A stretch of 64,000 bases of DNA, taken from Eledone cirrhosa (Eukaryota). Positions 30,154 through 45,749 of this stretch are shown in pieces; position 1 is the stretch's first letter, and every line of letters starts with the position of its first letter. Made by a program: the position numbers and the translations under genes. The notes below the pieces were generated by a model. The model had not been told where the DNA came from and searched no databases. It saw nothing but the letters and a program-made list of their open reading frames with translations. The stretch is taken from positions 332,816,001-332,880,000 of the forward strand of contig OZ024740.1 in NCBI GenBank assembly GCA_964016885.1, given 5' to 3'.

Positions 30154-33100
30154 TAAAATAACAGATTAAAATTTAAGCAAAGAATCGCTGCTTTTACCCT
30201 TAACGGGATCTTCTGAAACTAACAAAGTCAATCTGTAAACGCAGAACTGGATATTTCAAAAAACGTTGCAACCGGAGGAAGACAGGAAGACGATACTTTG
30301 GTTCGTGGTAACGTTCGCTGGCAAAGAACGGGAAAAATCGAATAATACGTCATTAATAGGAGCGGTGAAAAACAATTACGCGCAAAGAAAAAACCACGTT
30401 TATGGTATAAAAGAGGTCGTAGACTAATGTTCTCTTAGGTGGTGCATAGAGACGTTCTCTGGCAATGAACGAAAAAACGAAGATAATAAGTCATATGTGG
30501 AGCGTGGAGAACAATAGCACGCAAAGACAAAACCACGTAAATGGTATAGCAGAAATCGTAGACTAAAATTCTAACTAGGAGACCAAATGAATCTCCGCCA
30601 CAGAGTTAAGAACAAAGTAAATAAATACAATACAGAAGTAATAGAAACAAATAAATACATACACGCAAACAGATACGTACATACACAAGCATACGCAAAA
30701 CCTTACCATGGGTATACAAAACCACGCACATATAAATATGTGTGTGTGTGTATGCTTGTGTACAAATAAATAAATAATTATATAAACGTATATAAGTATA
30801 TAAATACGTATATAACAAGCGCACACGCATACCTACATATAAATACACGAATGTTCGGAGACGTAAGTCAACTAAAACAAGAAGTACACATATACACACA
30901 CCCACCATACGTACGAACCTGCACACACACGCGGACGCAAAACTCCCGTATACACATAGCCAAACCCTAAATACCAGAATATGTAAAAATTATACGCTAT
31001 AACAGTCAAATATACGTACGAGAAGGTATACATACCTTCACAAAACATACGGGTAATATATACTTACCTATGCAAATAAGTAAAGGAATAAACAAAACAT
31101 ATACTTAGCTCCCACATCAAGACGTAAAATATCCACGTATAGATCGTGCTATCCGTTAGGGTATAACGTGGGGCTGTAATACAGGAAAGTTTTGTGCAAT
31201 TTATGTTTACAAGCCGAAATTGCCTCAGATTTTTTGTTTAAGATGTGGTCTGTAGCGTAGAGTATTTCCAGGGCCTCAGCGGCGCAGAGGTCACATGGTC
31301 TTTTATTTCAGTTATACGATCTAGCCCTAGCTAGGATCTCCCAGTGTAACTTATATTGGGTGTGGTTGTCTTTTAGACTCCAGATATAAGCTGAAAGTGA
31401 TGTCATATTCCTTCTTAGGGGGTAACGAAAAGAATGGGTATGCATGTAAAGACGCTGCTTGAAACTATTGGCGGTTAACCCTATGTAGGCCCTACGGGAA
31501 GTGGGTGTTACAACCTTACATTTGTAGACAATGTTACTAGAGAGGCATATCCCTGATAGGGGGCAATCAGCCCGATTCCTACAATTACAGTTAGTACTAA
31601 CTACAGGGTTGCACGTATTCCTACGGCTAGGTAGTTTAGCTAAATTTGAAGCTGTGATGTTATGTGCAAGGTTAGGAGTCGTAGAGTAAGAAATTTTAAT
31701 AGTATTTCTATTAAAAACTTTACTATATTTATGTGTAGGGGGAAAATGCTTCGTAATAAGGAAAGAAAGATCTTAGCTAATGGTGTGGCCACCTCCATAT
31801 TATATGGTGGGTTAAACCAACAAATGCGACGGGATCTATTTCTTCTAGGTCTATTTTCGTACTCTGTATATGCTACCTTATTGACAAATCCACTTCGAGC
31901 AAGAGCTTCATTGTAATAAGTGGAATGGTCGTTGAAAATGCGCTCGTTGGTGGAAAGACGGGAAAGCCTCAACGAAACATTTCTTACCAGGTTCTTGGTT
32001 ATGCTGGCAGGATGGTTGGAATGCTTACTTATGTAATTAAGCGTATCATTCGGCTTTCTATACGGGTAATACAACCCATTCAATAAATTGAGGGTAACGA
32101 CGAGGTAATTAACGACCGAGAGATTGGCCTCAACCTGTATAGAGAGGTTGAAGCCTTTAAAGAAGGCTGTGAGTTCTTTAAAGGCCCTGGAAATACTCTA
32201 CGCTACAGACCACATCTTAAACAAAAAATCTGAGGCAATTTCGGCTTGTAAACATAAATTGCACAAAACTTTCCTGTATTACAGCCCCACGTTATACCCT
32301 AACGGATAGCACGATCTATACGTGGATATTTTACGTCTTGACGTGGGAGCTAAGTATATGTTTTGTTTATTCCTTTACTTATTTGCATAGGTAAGTATAT
32401 ATTACCCGTATGTTTTGTGAAGGTATGTATACCTTCTCGTACGTATATTTGACTGTTATAGCGTATAATTTTTACATATTCTGGTATTTAGGTTTTGGCT
32501 ATGTGTATACGGGAGTTTTGCGTCCGCGTGTGTGTGCAGGTTCGTACGTATGGTGGGTGTGTGTATATGTGTACTTCTTGTTTTAGTTGACTTACGTCTC
32601 CGAACATTCGTGTATTTATATGTAGGTATGCGTGTGCGCTTGTTATATACGTATTTATTTACTTATATACGTTTATATAATTATTTATTTATTTGTACAC
32701 AAGCATACACACACACATATATTTATATGTGCGTGGTTTTGTATACCCATGGTAATGTTTTGCGTATGCTTGTGTATGTACGTATCTGTTTGCGTGTATG
32801 TATTTATTTGTTTCTATTACTTCTGTATTGTATTTATTTACTTTGTTCTTAACTCTGTGGCGGAGATTCATTTGGTCTCCTAGTTAGAATTTTAGTCTAC
32901 GATTTCTGCTATACCATTTACGTGGTTTTGTCTTTGCGTGCTATTGTTCTCCACGCTCCACATATGACTTATTATCTTCGTTTTTTCGTTCATTTCCAGA
33001 GAACGTCTCTATGCACCACCTAAGAGAACATTAGTCTACGACCTCTTTTATACCATAAACGTGGTTTTTTCTTTGCGCGTAATTGTTTTTCACCGCTCCT

Positions 33101-33400
33101 ATTAATGACCTATTATTCGTTATTTCCCGTTCTTTGCCAGCGAACGTTACCACGAACCAAAGTATCGTCTTCCTGTCTTCCTCCGGTTGCAACGTTTTTT
33201 GAAATATCCAGTTCTGCGTTTACAGATTGACTTTGTTAGTTTCAGAAGATCCCGTTAAGGGTGAAAGCAGCGATTCTTTGCTTAAACTTTAACCTTTTTT
33301 TTAATAAATATTTGCTCTACGGTTCTTATATATTTGATATATATTTTCCTTATCGAGCCCTCTTTGGATTTTAGTCTTCAATTTTATTATTATTACTATA
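30149..33400 (-). mobile_element. PLE family A (Hydra-clade-like), inverted-arm structure with thumb and GIY-YIG on the minus strand
   Basis: Arms ~30149-31275 and ~32183-33308; the spacer encodes LNGLYYPYRKPND..HSNHP..CWFNPPYN plus the CNC..CP..C endonuclease region; only the right arm has the tail. Confidence 0.9.
33222..33295 (+). ncRNA. Type I hammerhead-like motif with CAGAAGA core (family A)
   Basis: AGTT-T-CAGAAGA(33243-33249)-TCCCgttaaGGGT-GAAA-GCA..TGC-TTA-AACT; same core at 57701 and on the minus strand in the other family A arms. Confidence 0.55.
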
Positions 33401-33480
33401 TATATATATATTTAAATATACATACATACATATATATATTTAAATATATATATCTATATATATATAGATATAGATATATT

Positions 33481-33592
33481 GTTTCCGAAGAAGACGTTTT
33501 GTGCGAACCTATATATAAGGTCTGATAGTATACAGATAAATAACTGCTATAGATCAGACAATATGACCAACCCTCTGAAACGATCGTAAAAC
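33481..33592 (+). ncRNA. Type I hammerhead-like motif with long stem II insertion (family K)
   Basis: GTTT-CCGAAGA(33485-33491)-AGA..~80 nt..TCT-GAAA(33577-33580)-CGATC-GTA-AAAC. Confidence 0.55.
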
Positions 33593-33796
33593 AATGATGT
33601 GTATAGTTAAATAAACCGACTTTGTTGTTCTTATTTTCATTCTTAAATTAATACCTAATATCTGACTCTTTATCAAAGGAAATAAATCAGCAGAACAAGG
33701 CACCTTTCTATGGATTTCACTGGATTACTCACCATCAGAATACATTGAGTTCTATTTGCGGTACGGGACCTATAAGGCAGTTTAGACCTCACAAAA

Positions 33797-33897
<101 letters not shown>

Positions 33898-34040
33898 TGT
33901 ATATATATACACGAAAAAAAAGAGGAGATCGAAAATACAACTGGAGTCTTTTTAAGAATATTTATTTGTTTCCTTTACCGGTTTCACAGTTCTTATGCTT
34001 TTCAAAAGTAGAATTGAGCTGGAGCGTTTGTGGTTTTTCT

Positions 34041-34088
<48 letters not shown>

Positions 34089-34102
34089 TATAAATATACA
34101 TG

Positions 34103-34220
<118 letters not shown>

Positions 34221-34233
34221 CATATATATAAAT

Positions 34234-34315
<82 letters not shown>

Positions 34316-34364
34316 ATATAAAGTTAAATAAAAGTCAAATGATTAAAATTTAGCTTCGTTTATT

Positions 34365-34419
34365 ACTGCTATATATTTTTCAGTGACAGCCATCTTTGGC
34401 TGTGACCTCTTCAGGCAGT
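34365..34419 (-). ncRNA. Type I hammerhead ribozyme (family L terminus 34320-34630)
   Basis: Minus strand: ACTGC-CTGAAGA-GGTCACAGCCAaagaTGGCTGTCACT-GAAA-AATATATA-GCAGT, then AATAAA. Confidence 0.75.
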
Positions 34420-34627
34420 TTGAATTAGTATGGTAGAGACAAGTACATATGTTGTTTAGGTGTATAATATTGTCAATACTCTGATACGCCCAGTTCCTTG
34501 TTGGGTTGTTAATTCACTGAGGAACTGGAGTCATATACACTACTCCGGAGTAACCAAACCAACCTGCGCACTTCGTCGAGTGCTCCAGCCTGCAAACTGA
34601 GGTGTTGGTATACAACCCACATAAACT

Positions 34628-34700
<73 letters not shown>

Positions 34701-35429
34701 TATTGAAGTTTGCTTGAAGCATTGTGGAATAATAAGGTAAATTTCTTTAAGTCGTTTGGAAGTCTCGACAATGCAGATGGGTAAATCTCCGGGTAACAAG
34801 ATCCGGTGGTGGAGAGAGAGATGTATGTGAGTGTACGTTGAGATGCGTGACGTGTATAAGACGTGTAGAGGAATGAAGGAAAGAGCGTAAAGGATAAAAA
34901 TAAATATAACAACACGAGAGAGAGTTACCTTGGGAGATATATATATTTCGGATTCACATCCATCAACTGGGGGTTTTTACAGGGGGGGGGGGGGGGGGGG
35001 AGGTTGTACGTCAGAAAGGTGCGAAACGTGTCCTCCACTGTTCGTTGTTTTGAATATCTGAGGTATTCACCAGAGCGCACGTGCCCGTGAAATGGGGTCG
35101 GTCAGGCAGAGGTCAGCGGCCGATGTAGTTCTTTCAATTGTGGGAGTGGGGTGGCGCTAGCTGTAAGTCCATTCTCTGCATTTTTGCTGAATGTTACTGT
35201 GTGTGCGTGTGTGTGCGTATGTTGTTGTCTCGCTTGAGTGTGTGTGTGTGTGCGTGTGTTGTTGCCTTGTTCCTCTGTATTGGCAGTGTAGTATGTTCGT
35301 ATGGAATGCTACTGTGTGTGTGTGTGTGTGCGCGTGTGTTGCTGTCTCGCTTGTATGTGTGTGTGCGTGTGTTGCTGCATCGTTTGTTAACTTAAACCAA
35401 CCACCTCATTTCGCTTCTCTCGGAGCGGT

Positions 35430-37640
35430 TGTTTAATTGTTGCCCTAGGCGTTTGATCGAAAGTGCTTCCTTGATACGTAACGTGCCGACGTTTCTTTCT
35501 GTCGCTAGAATTGTAACAATGGGCCTTCCGTCTTTTTTCCGCATTTGGCTATATGTTTCCGGAAAGACGAGGCCCTGGTTTTAGTGTGTTCCTTCACCCG
35601 GATGTGCAACCGCCTCATTGTGCTACCTATATAGTATTGGTTGCACTTGTTACATTCTATCTTATACACGACGTATCTGCGTAGGCAACAGTTCGCATGG
35701 CGCATCGGGCAGTCTCTGAGGGAGCACGCGTCAGTTGATTTCCCGGGTTTCCTGGAGAGGCATCTTCGCAGGGAGGGGCCCGAGTGGAACAGGTGGATGT
35801 CGACGCCCTCCCTCCGTATAGCTTTGCAGATAGCGTTGGTGGTATTCTCGCCCAGGTGTGGCATTTTAAGGAAGCACTTGCTTTGGGTGCCTCTCTGTCA
35901 CTTGTGTCTAGTGTCTCCTACTCTGTCTGCGAGCGAGGTAGGGTACCCGTTCGTCTGCAGCACCTCGAGGAATCGCTTGGTATGAGTGACACCACTCGCG
36001 GGCTCGCTGCATCTGTTTTTGATTCGCGCGATCTCGTTCGTGATGTATCCTCTTTTGGCACTGTTAGAGAGGGCGGACTTGTAGTGGACGAACAGGTCCC
36101 TGCAGGCTGCCTTTCGGTAGAAATTGCAATGGACCCCTCCCTGTTCCGTGATGTTGATTTGGAAGTCGAGGACGGCAAGTGACCCGTCTTCGTTGGGGTG
36201 TTCAACACTGAAGTCAACGTTCTCGTCCGTGTTGTTGAACGTCTCATAGATTCTGTTCGCCATGTCTTGGGAAGATGTGAGGATGAGGATATCGTCCACG
36301 TACCTTGAGAAAAAGGCGACGGCGTTGGGGTGGCAGGCGTTGAGTGCCTTGCGCTCGAGGTTGTCCATGTAAGAGATCGCTAGCACGCCCGATAGGCTTG
36401 ATCCCACGGGCAGTCCCGAGGTTTGTAGGTATGTTTGGTCAAGGAATCCGAATTAGGTGTTGTCGACGACGATGGATAGGAGTAGGTGGATGTCCGTGGT
36501 GGTGAGCACGAAGCAGTGTAGGTCGGTGGATTGGACGCGTTCCATCAGTATATTGACGGCCGGGAGTGCCGGGACCGAGGTGTAGAAAGCGACTACATCA
36601 AGGTTGAAGGCATATCTGTTATTCTATCTGGTGTCGGGATCCATTTGATGCAGGCGCTTCAACACCTCCTCTGAGCTGTTAGCGTGTCCCTGCAAGCTGT
36701 CTAAGATGTGTTTGAGTATTCTGGCTAGGAGCCATGATATTTTGTAGAGTGGTCCTTCCATGCTCGATACAATGGGCCTTATCTTCAGGTCGGGTCCCTG
36801 TTTGTGTGTGTCACAAGGTGGTAGAAGGCGGGTATTCTGCTGTTCCTCGTGAGGAGGTTGTATCTCAGATTCTTCGGGATCTTCCGCCGGTCGCAGATGT
36901 TGGTCCAGGCGGCGTTGATGTGCTCTTCTATCTGCGCGGGAGTGATTCCCGTGACTTTGGAGTAGAGGTTGTCATCGTCAAGGTGTTGGAGGTACAGGGT
37001 GTTGTAGGCCTCGCTGCTGATGACACAGAATTATTTTCCCTTGTCAGAGGGGAGGTAGATGAGGTTCTTCGATTTTAGGTTGGAGAGAGTGGTGAGTTGA
37101 GATTTGGTGAGGTTGTGTGTTGTGCGTGTGTGTGTGTGTTTGTGAAGTATATCAGAGATGGAGTGTTTTAGCTTGATGAGTTTAGTGTCGAGTTCGTGGT
37201 TGGTGGGTGCTGGGTGGCGTGGGTTGTCAGGGTGGTCAGTGGGGAACTTGGGGTGAGTTGCGTGGGCGCTGTTATTTTCTGTGGCGCTGTTGATGGCGGT
37301 CACCCATTTAAGTTGGTAAGCGGCTCGACAAAGTTGGCCTCGATGTTGAGTTTGAGTCTGTCGTCAAGACGTTGTGAGACGATGAACTTGGGTCCGAGGT
37401 GTAGGAGTTTCAGCTCGTCGCTCGTGAGAGTGCTGGTTAGGTCGGTCACCAGGTGCGTCGCATCGTTGAGGTGTGGCTCGGTGTTGGTTGATGCGGCGGT
37501 GGCGGTTGTTAGGTTGTTGTTTTCCACTTGGTTCTGGTCCGTCAGTTCGTTAGTGTCGATGTTCTCGTTGTGGAGTTTAGACAACATCCACTCATACTTT
37601 CGCCTGAGCCGTTGTTTCTCGTATTGGACTCTGGAGTGGT
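35430..37640 (-). pseudogene. PLE RT plus GIY-YIG ORF, disrupted (left arm)
   Basis: LGPKF, PSDKG, GSSLSGVLA, FSRYVDDI, LAVLDFQI, VVYKIECNKCNQYYIGSTMRRLHIRVKEH. Confidence 0.9.
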
Positions 37641-37647
37641 AGCACTG

Positions 37648-39365
37648 GATATACTTCACAAACAACACACACACACGCACAACACACAACCTCACCAAAT
37701 CTCAACTCACCACTCCGACAAGGGAAAAGAATTCTGCGTCATCAGCAGAGAGGCCTACAACACCCTGGCCCTCCAACACCTTGACGATGACAACCTCTAC
37801 TCCAAGATCACGGGAATCACTCCCGCACAGATAGAAGAGCACATCAACGCCGCCTGGACCAACATCTGCGACCGGCGGAAGCTCCCGAAGAAGCTGAGAT
37901 ACAACCTCCTCATGAGGAACAGCAGAATACCCGCCTTCTACCACCTCGTGAAAACACACAAAAAGGTACCCGACCTTAAGATCAGGCTCATTGTATCGAG
38001 CGTGGAAGGACCACTCTACAAAATTTCATGGCTCCTAGCCAGAATACTCAAACCCATCTTAGACACCTTGCCTGGACACGCTAACAGCTCCGAGGAGGTT
38101 TGAAGCGCCTGCATCAAATGGATCCCGACACCAGAAAGAATAACAGATATGCCTTCAGCCTTGATGTAGTCGCTCTCTACACCTCGGCCCCGGCACTCCC
38201 GGCCGTCAATATAATGATGGAACGCGTCCAATCCACCGACCTACACTGCTTCGGGCTCACCACCACTGACATCGACCAACTCCTATCCATCGTCGTCGAC
38301 AACACCTAATTCGGATTCCTTGACCAAACATACGAACAAACCTCGGGACTGCCCGTGGGATCAAGCCTGTCGGGTGTGCTAGCGATCTCTTACATGGACA
38401 GCCTCGAGCGCAAGGCACTCAACGCCTGCCACCCCAACGCCGTCGCCTTTTTCTCAAGGTACGTGGGCGATATCCTCATCCTCACATCTTCCTAAGACAT
38501 GGCGAACAGAATCTATGAGACGTTCAACAACACGGGCGAGAACATTGACTTCAGTGTTGAACACCACAACGAAGACGGGTCACTTGCTCTCCTCGACTTC
38601 CGAATCAACATCACGCAACAGGGAGCGATCCACTGTAACTTCTACTGAAAGGCAGCCTGCAGGGACCTGTTCGTCAACTACAAGTCCGCCCTCTCTAACA
38701 GTGCCAAAAGAGGATACATCACGAACGAGCTCGAGCGAATCAAAAACAGATGTAGCGATCCTGCGGGTGGTGTCCCACATACCAAGCGATTCCTCGAGGT
38801 GCTGGTGACGAACGGGTACCCTACCTCGCTCACAGACAGAGTAGGAGACACCAGACACAAGAAAAAGAGAGGCTCCCAAGGCAAGTGCTTCCTTAAAATG
38901 CCACACCTGGGCGAGAATACCACCAACGCTATCCACAAGCATATACTGAGGGAGGGCCTCGACATACACCTGGCCCAGTCGGGCCCCTCCCTGACAAGAT
39001 GCTTCTCCAGGAAACCCGGGAAATCTACTGACGCGTGCTCCCTCAGAGACTGCCCGATGCGCTATGCGAACTGTTGCCTACGCACATACGTCGTGTATAA
39101 GATAGCATGTAAAAAGTGCAGTGAATAGGTAGCACCATCCGGCCGTTGCACATCCATATCAAGGAACACACTAAAACCAGGGCCTCGTCTTTCTGGAAAC
39201 ACATAGCCAAATGCGGAAACAAAGGCGGAAGGTCCATTGTCACAATTCTAGCGACAGAAAGAAACGTCGGTACGTTACGTATCAAGGAAGCACTTTGGAT
39301 CAAACGCCTAGGGCCACAATAAAACAACCGATCCGAGTGGAGCGAAATGAGGTGGTTGGTTTAAG
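37648..39365 (+). pseudogene. PLE RT plus GIY-YIG ORF, disrupted (right arm)
   Basis: SDKG, IPAFYHLVKTHK, FSLDVVALYTS, VVYKIACKKC; several stops and frameshifts. Confidence 0.9.
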
Positions 39366-39418
39366 TTAACAAACGATGCAACGATGCACGCACGCACACA
39401 CACAAGCGAGACAGCAAC

Positions 39419-39457
<39 letters not shown>

Positions 39458-40019
39458 CACAGTAGTATTCCACCATACGAACATACTACACTGCCAATAC
39501 AGAGGAAGAAAGCAACAACACACGCACACACACACACACACTCAAGCGAGACAACAACACACGCACACACAGTAACATTCACCAAACATGCAGAGAATGG
39601 ACTGACAGCTAGCGCCACCTCACTCCGGCAACTGAAAGAACTACTTCGCCCGCTGACCTCTGCCTGACCGTCCCCATTTCACGCGCACGCGCGCTCTGGT
39701 GAATACCTCAGATATTCAAAACAACGAACAGCGGAGGACACGTTTCGCACCTCTCCGACAGACGACCCCCCCCCGTAAAAAAACCGCAGTTGATGGATGT
39801 GAATCCGAAATATATAGGGACAATTAAATCTCTCCCAAGGTAACTCTTTCTCGTGTTGTTATTTTTATTTTTATCCTTTACGCTCTTTCCTTCATTCCTC
39901 TACACGCCACGCATCTCAACGTACACACACGTACATTTCTCTCTCCACCACCGGATCTTGTTACCCGGAGATTTACCCATCTGCAGTGTCGAGGCTTCCA
40001 AACGACTTAAAGAAATTTA

Positions 40020-40456
<437 letters not shown>

Positions 40457-40467
40457 ATATATATATA

Positions 40468-40827
40468 GTTAAAAGAATAGAGGTGTAACATACAAGTTAT
40501 TATATATTGGTAAACGGAATAGAAAATGCTGACAAATTGTTCACAGTTGAAAAATGGTTTAATTAGGAATAAAAGAGTATTAGTGATTGTATGGGTTAGT
40601 ATTCAGTTGTGGTTTTAAGTTTTTAAGTTTTTACCGGTTGCGCATTTCTAAATGCTTTTCAAAAATAATTTTGAGATAGAGTGTCCGTGCTGTTTGCTCT
40701 GATCTGAAAACTTAAAAACTTAAAACCACAACTGAATACTAACCCATACAATCACTAATACTCTTTTATTCCTAATTAAACCATTTTTCAACTGTGAACA
40801 ATTTGTCAGCATTTTCTATTCCGTTTA

Positions 40828-40833
<6 letters not shown>
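40468..40833. mobile_element. PLE family C terminal fold-back
   Basis: Inverted arms ~40501-40630 and ~40706-40833; tail on the left. Confidence 0.8.
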
Positions 40834-40861
<28 letters not shown>

Positions 40862-40865
<4 letters not shown>

Positions 40866-41040
40866 ATATAAGATCAAAAGATGGTTAAAGGAGTTCCATA
40901 TATTTTATTATGCGCATTTCAAAAACAAACATCATCAAACAATAATATTTGTGTTTTCATCAGATAAAACAGGAGAACATGATATGAAGGCTAAAAAACA
41001 CTTGTTGATAGTGCAGTTTTAAATCAACATAAGTAAATGA
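40862..41040 (-). mobile_element. PLE family B 3' terminus with HHR
   Basis: Reverse complement of 29400-29565. Confidence 0.8.
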
Positions 41041-41474
41041 AATAAAATAAAATAAATAAATAAATAAATAAATACATACACAAGCACAATAACAACAGAC
41101 ACATAAACACACATTAGTCACCCAATCACGAACACACATCACACATCAAACAAAACACTATACACACACGCAAACGCATGCGCTAAGAAGACAAAATAAA
41201 ATAAACAAACAAGCAAATAAATAAATAAATATATAGACAGACTGAATAAAAATGGCGTAGCCATACAATTCAACAGGAGGAAACAATAGCACCACTGACG
41301 CTGTTGCAGATGTGCAACGAAAGATTTATGATAAACTATATATATGTGTTTGTGTCTATATTGTATCTGTATTATTTTTGACCGTCGGTCAGTCAATGGC
41401 AACATTGAGGACCGAGTATATTAGATTACCGATATAAAAGACACAGAAGCGAAAAGCGAAAACCAACCAAACAT

Positions 41475-41569
41475 TGAGTGTGTTCTGTCATTAATTCTGG
41501 CAACAAACCGGAAATTTATAAATTCTTGAATTTATAAATTTAATTTATAATAAATTGGCAACAAAGTAT

Positions 41570-41645
<76 letters not shown>

Positions 41646-42002
41646 ATACTTTGTTGCCAATATATTATAAATTAAATTTATAAATTCAAGAATTTATAAA
41701 TTTCCGGTTTGTTGGTTGCTTCCACAACCAGACGATTGTTTATATATTGTCAAAGTTCTTTCGTCACACATTCTGTGACCTCTTCAGTGACTGGGGATTA
41801 TTTTCTTTGTTTTTGTGCCACTCCTTTGTTCTGTCCTACGCCATCTTGTTTTTGTGTGTGTCGTGTGTTTAGTTTGAGCATGTGTTACATCCGGTTGCGC
41901 GTGTTTCTTATTGGCAACATGACTCTCCCAAAGTATAACAATATCGGTTTCAACACACGCTTTCAGATAAAGAATCTTACTAAACAAATTCAGAAACGAA
42001 AT
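41475..42002. mobile_element. PLE-type family H termini mirrored around a (TA)n array
   Basis: 41505-41576 is the reverse complement of 41641-41710; tail at 41940-42002. Confidence 0.75.
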
Positions 42003-42040
42003 ATCTATATCTATATCTATATATATATTTATATATAAAT

Positions 42041-42260
<220 letters not shown>

Positions 42261-42285
42261 ATTTATATATATATATATATCTATA

Positions 42286-42339
<54 letters not shown>

Positions 42340-42342
42340 TGT

Positions 42343-42864
42343 ATCCAGGGAGTGCAACTTGGAGTTAATGTAGGTTCACCCGGGTGAGCACTCGATGTTT
42401 AGGTTCACTTAAGTGTCGAGGTGTAGAGCTACAGAGTATTATAGAGAAATAAGATAACAATGACGATTGGTTACTCCTTCATTACGTTTATTGATTTGTG
42501 ACGCCCGTTTCGCCACTGATCAGCCCAATGTTTGATCTGTATCGATATGACCTGAATCTGTAAACCACGGCTCGTCGGAACTCTTGAAATGTTAATGGGA
42601 GAAATATCTTCCAATAATATTACAAGGGGTCTGACGAGCCGCGGTCACAGAGTCAGATCAGATCGATACAGATCGAACCTTGTGCTGATAAGTGGCGGCG
42701 AAACGCGCATCACCAACCAATAAAATTTATGAAGGAGTAACCAATCGTCCTTGTTATCTTATTTCTCTATAATACACTCTAGCTCTACACCTCGACACTG
42801 AAGTGAACCTAAACATCGAGTGCTCACCCGGGTGAACCTACAGTAACTCCAAGTTACACTCCCT

Positions 42865-42868
<4 letters not shown>
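42343..42868. mobile_element. PLE-type family M fold-back with two opposed long-stem-II HHRs
   Basis: ~235-bp arms; plus-strand GGT-CTGACGA(42631-42637)-GCCGC...GCGGC-GAAA(42700-42703)-CGCGC-ATC-ACC; fragment also at 6385-6430. Confidence 0.8.
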
Positions 42869-42915
<47 letters not shown>

Positions 42916-42917
<2 letters not shown>

Positions 42918-43610
42918 AAAGAATAGAGGTGTAACACACAAGTTATTATATATTGGTAAACGGAATAGAAAATGCTGACAAATTGTTCACAGTGAAAAAT
43001 AGTTTAATTAGGAATAAGTGAGATTTAGTCATTGTATTGGTTAGTATTCAGTTTTGGTTTTAAGTTTTACCGGTTGCGCATTTCTAATGCTTTTCAAAAA
43101 TAATTTTGAGATTGAGCGTCCGTGATGTTTGCTCTGATCAGAGTTCAGATATTTATTTAGGTTCTTAACTAGGAGAAGGGCGTCGTCTCTGTAGATTCCA
43201 CCGTCAAGGTCGCTAAACTCACTTTGTAAACTATGGGCTATGTAAATACCTACTAAGTCTGTGACTTGAGCCGAGTCGTTAGCCCCCATCGTGATGTCGA
43301 AGTTATTTAATCTATCCTTACGTTCCCAATAGGCGTTTTCAAATTTAATTATTGTTTTCCTAGCAGCTAATATGATTTTTATTTCGTCGTTTGTTATGTC
43401 AGAATTGGCTTTGGCGAATGCTAAGGCTTTATCCAAGGTGTTGGGGGATATAGATGAGTAGTAATCGTTAATGTCAAATTGTATAAATTTAGATACTTCT
43501 TTGTTAACTATATTGTTAAACAACTTAATTGTTTCGGTAGCGTTACCCCAAAGTTTAATCACTAGTTTATTCTTCATTTGTGCTATCACTCTGTCTAATA
43601 TATGTTTACT
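42916..43610 (-). pseudogene. PLE (Hydra-clade-like) RT core fused to the family C terminus
   Basis: FIQFDINDYYSSIS, ITMGANDSAQVTDLVGIY, GGIYRDDAL, followed directly by family C terminal sequence at ~43140. Confidence 0.85.
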
Positions 43611-43614
43611 ATAC

Positions 43615-44890
<1,276 letters not shown>

Positions 44891-45683
44891 TTGCTTAAAC
44901 TATAATCTGTTATTCTAATAAATATATAGATATAGTATAAAGAAAACGAAAAAATCAGTGATGCATCTGGACTCAATTTATTGCGTGTTACAATTGTTTG
45001 GTCGCCAGGTAGCTCGAGACATGGTCCCTGTATGGATCTGGTTGATTCTACGGCTGCAGGTTCCTTCAAACACGGGTGGTTCGTTCGGAGCAAATGTTAT
45101 CACTGGGGTGTTACCAACAAAAAATACCCTCAAAAAACTATTTCCACTCTTGTCCTGCCATTGACTTTTGATACTCCACTTCATCTTAAGTTCTGATCAG
45201 TATTTACTGCTACACGGCTTATCAGACATTTTTTGTCCAACACACTTCAATGGAGTCATGCTGGGTTCAGTATCTCACACGTCTATTCACACTCCAGAGC
45301 AAGCACCAACAGATACGAATACACACACACATATACACACACAGGCAGATACAGACACATTCGTGTATCCACACACGTACGCATAAATGAGTAGACACAC
45401 ACACGCCCTCACATATACATATATGTATATATAAATATATGTATATATACACACACACGCTCACCCTGACTTCCACGGACCCAGACACACCCACTTCTAG
45501 AGACATACCGCCACAAGCCTTTTAACGGCTACTTACGTTTCGCTATATATCCGGTCCGACAAGCATGGCCTACGCAAACATACACATATACACACACATA
45601 CGCGTGCACACATACCTACGCACAACATTATAATCATTTATATATATGCACACTCATACAGACACAGATATACATACCCACAT

Positions 45684-45749
<66 letters not shown>

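Noticed and set aside
38646-38648. In-frame TGA as selenocysteine (as in some Naiad PLEs)
   Set aside because: The other arm has CGA at the matching position, so it is a C-to-T mutation; the domain order is also not Naiad-type.
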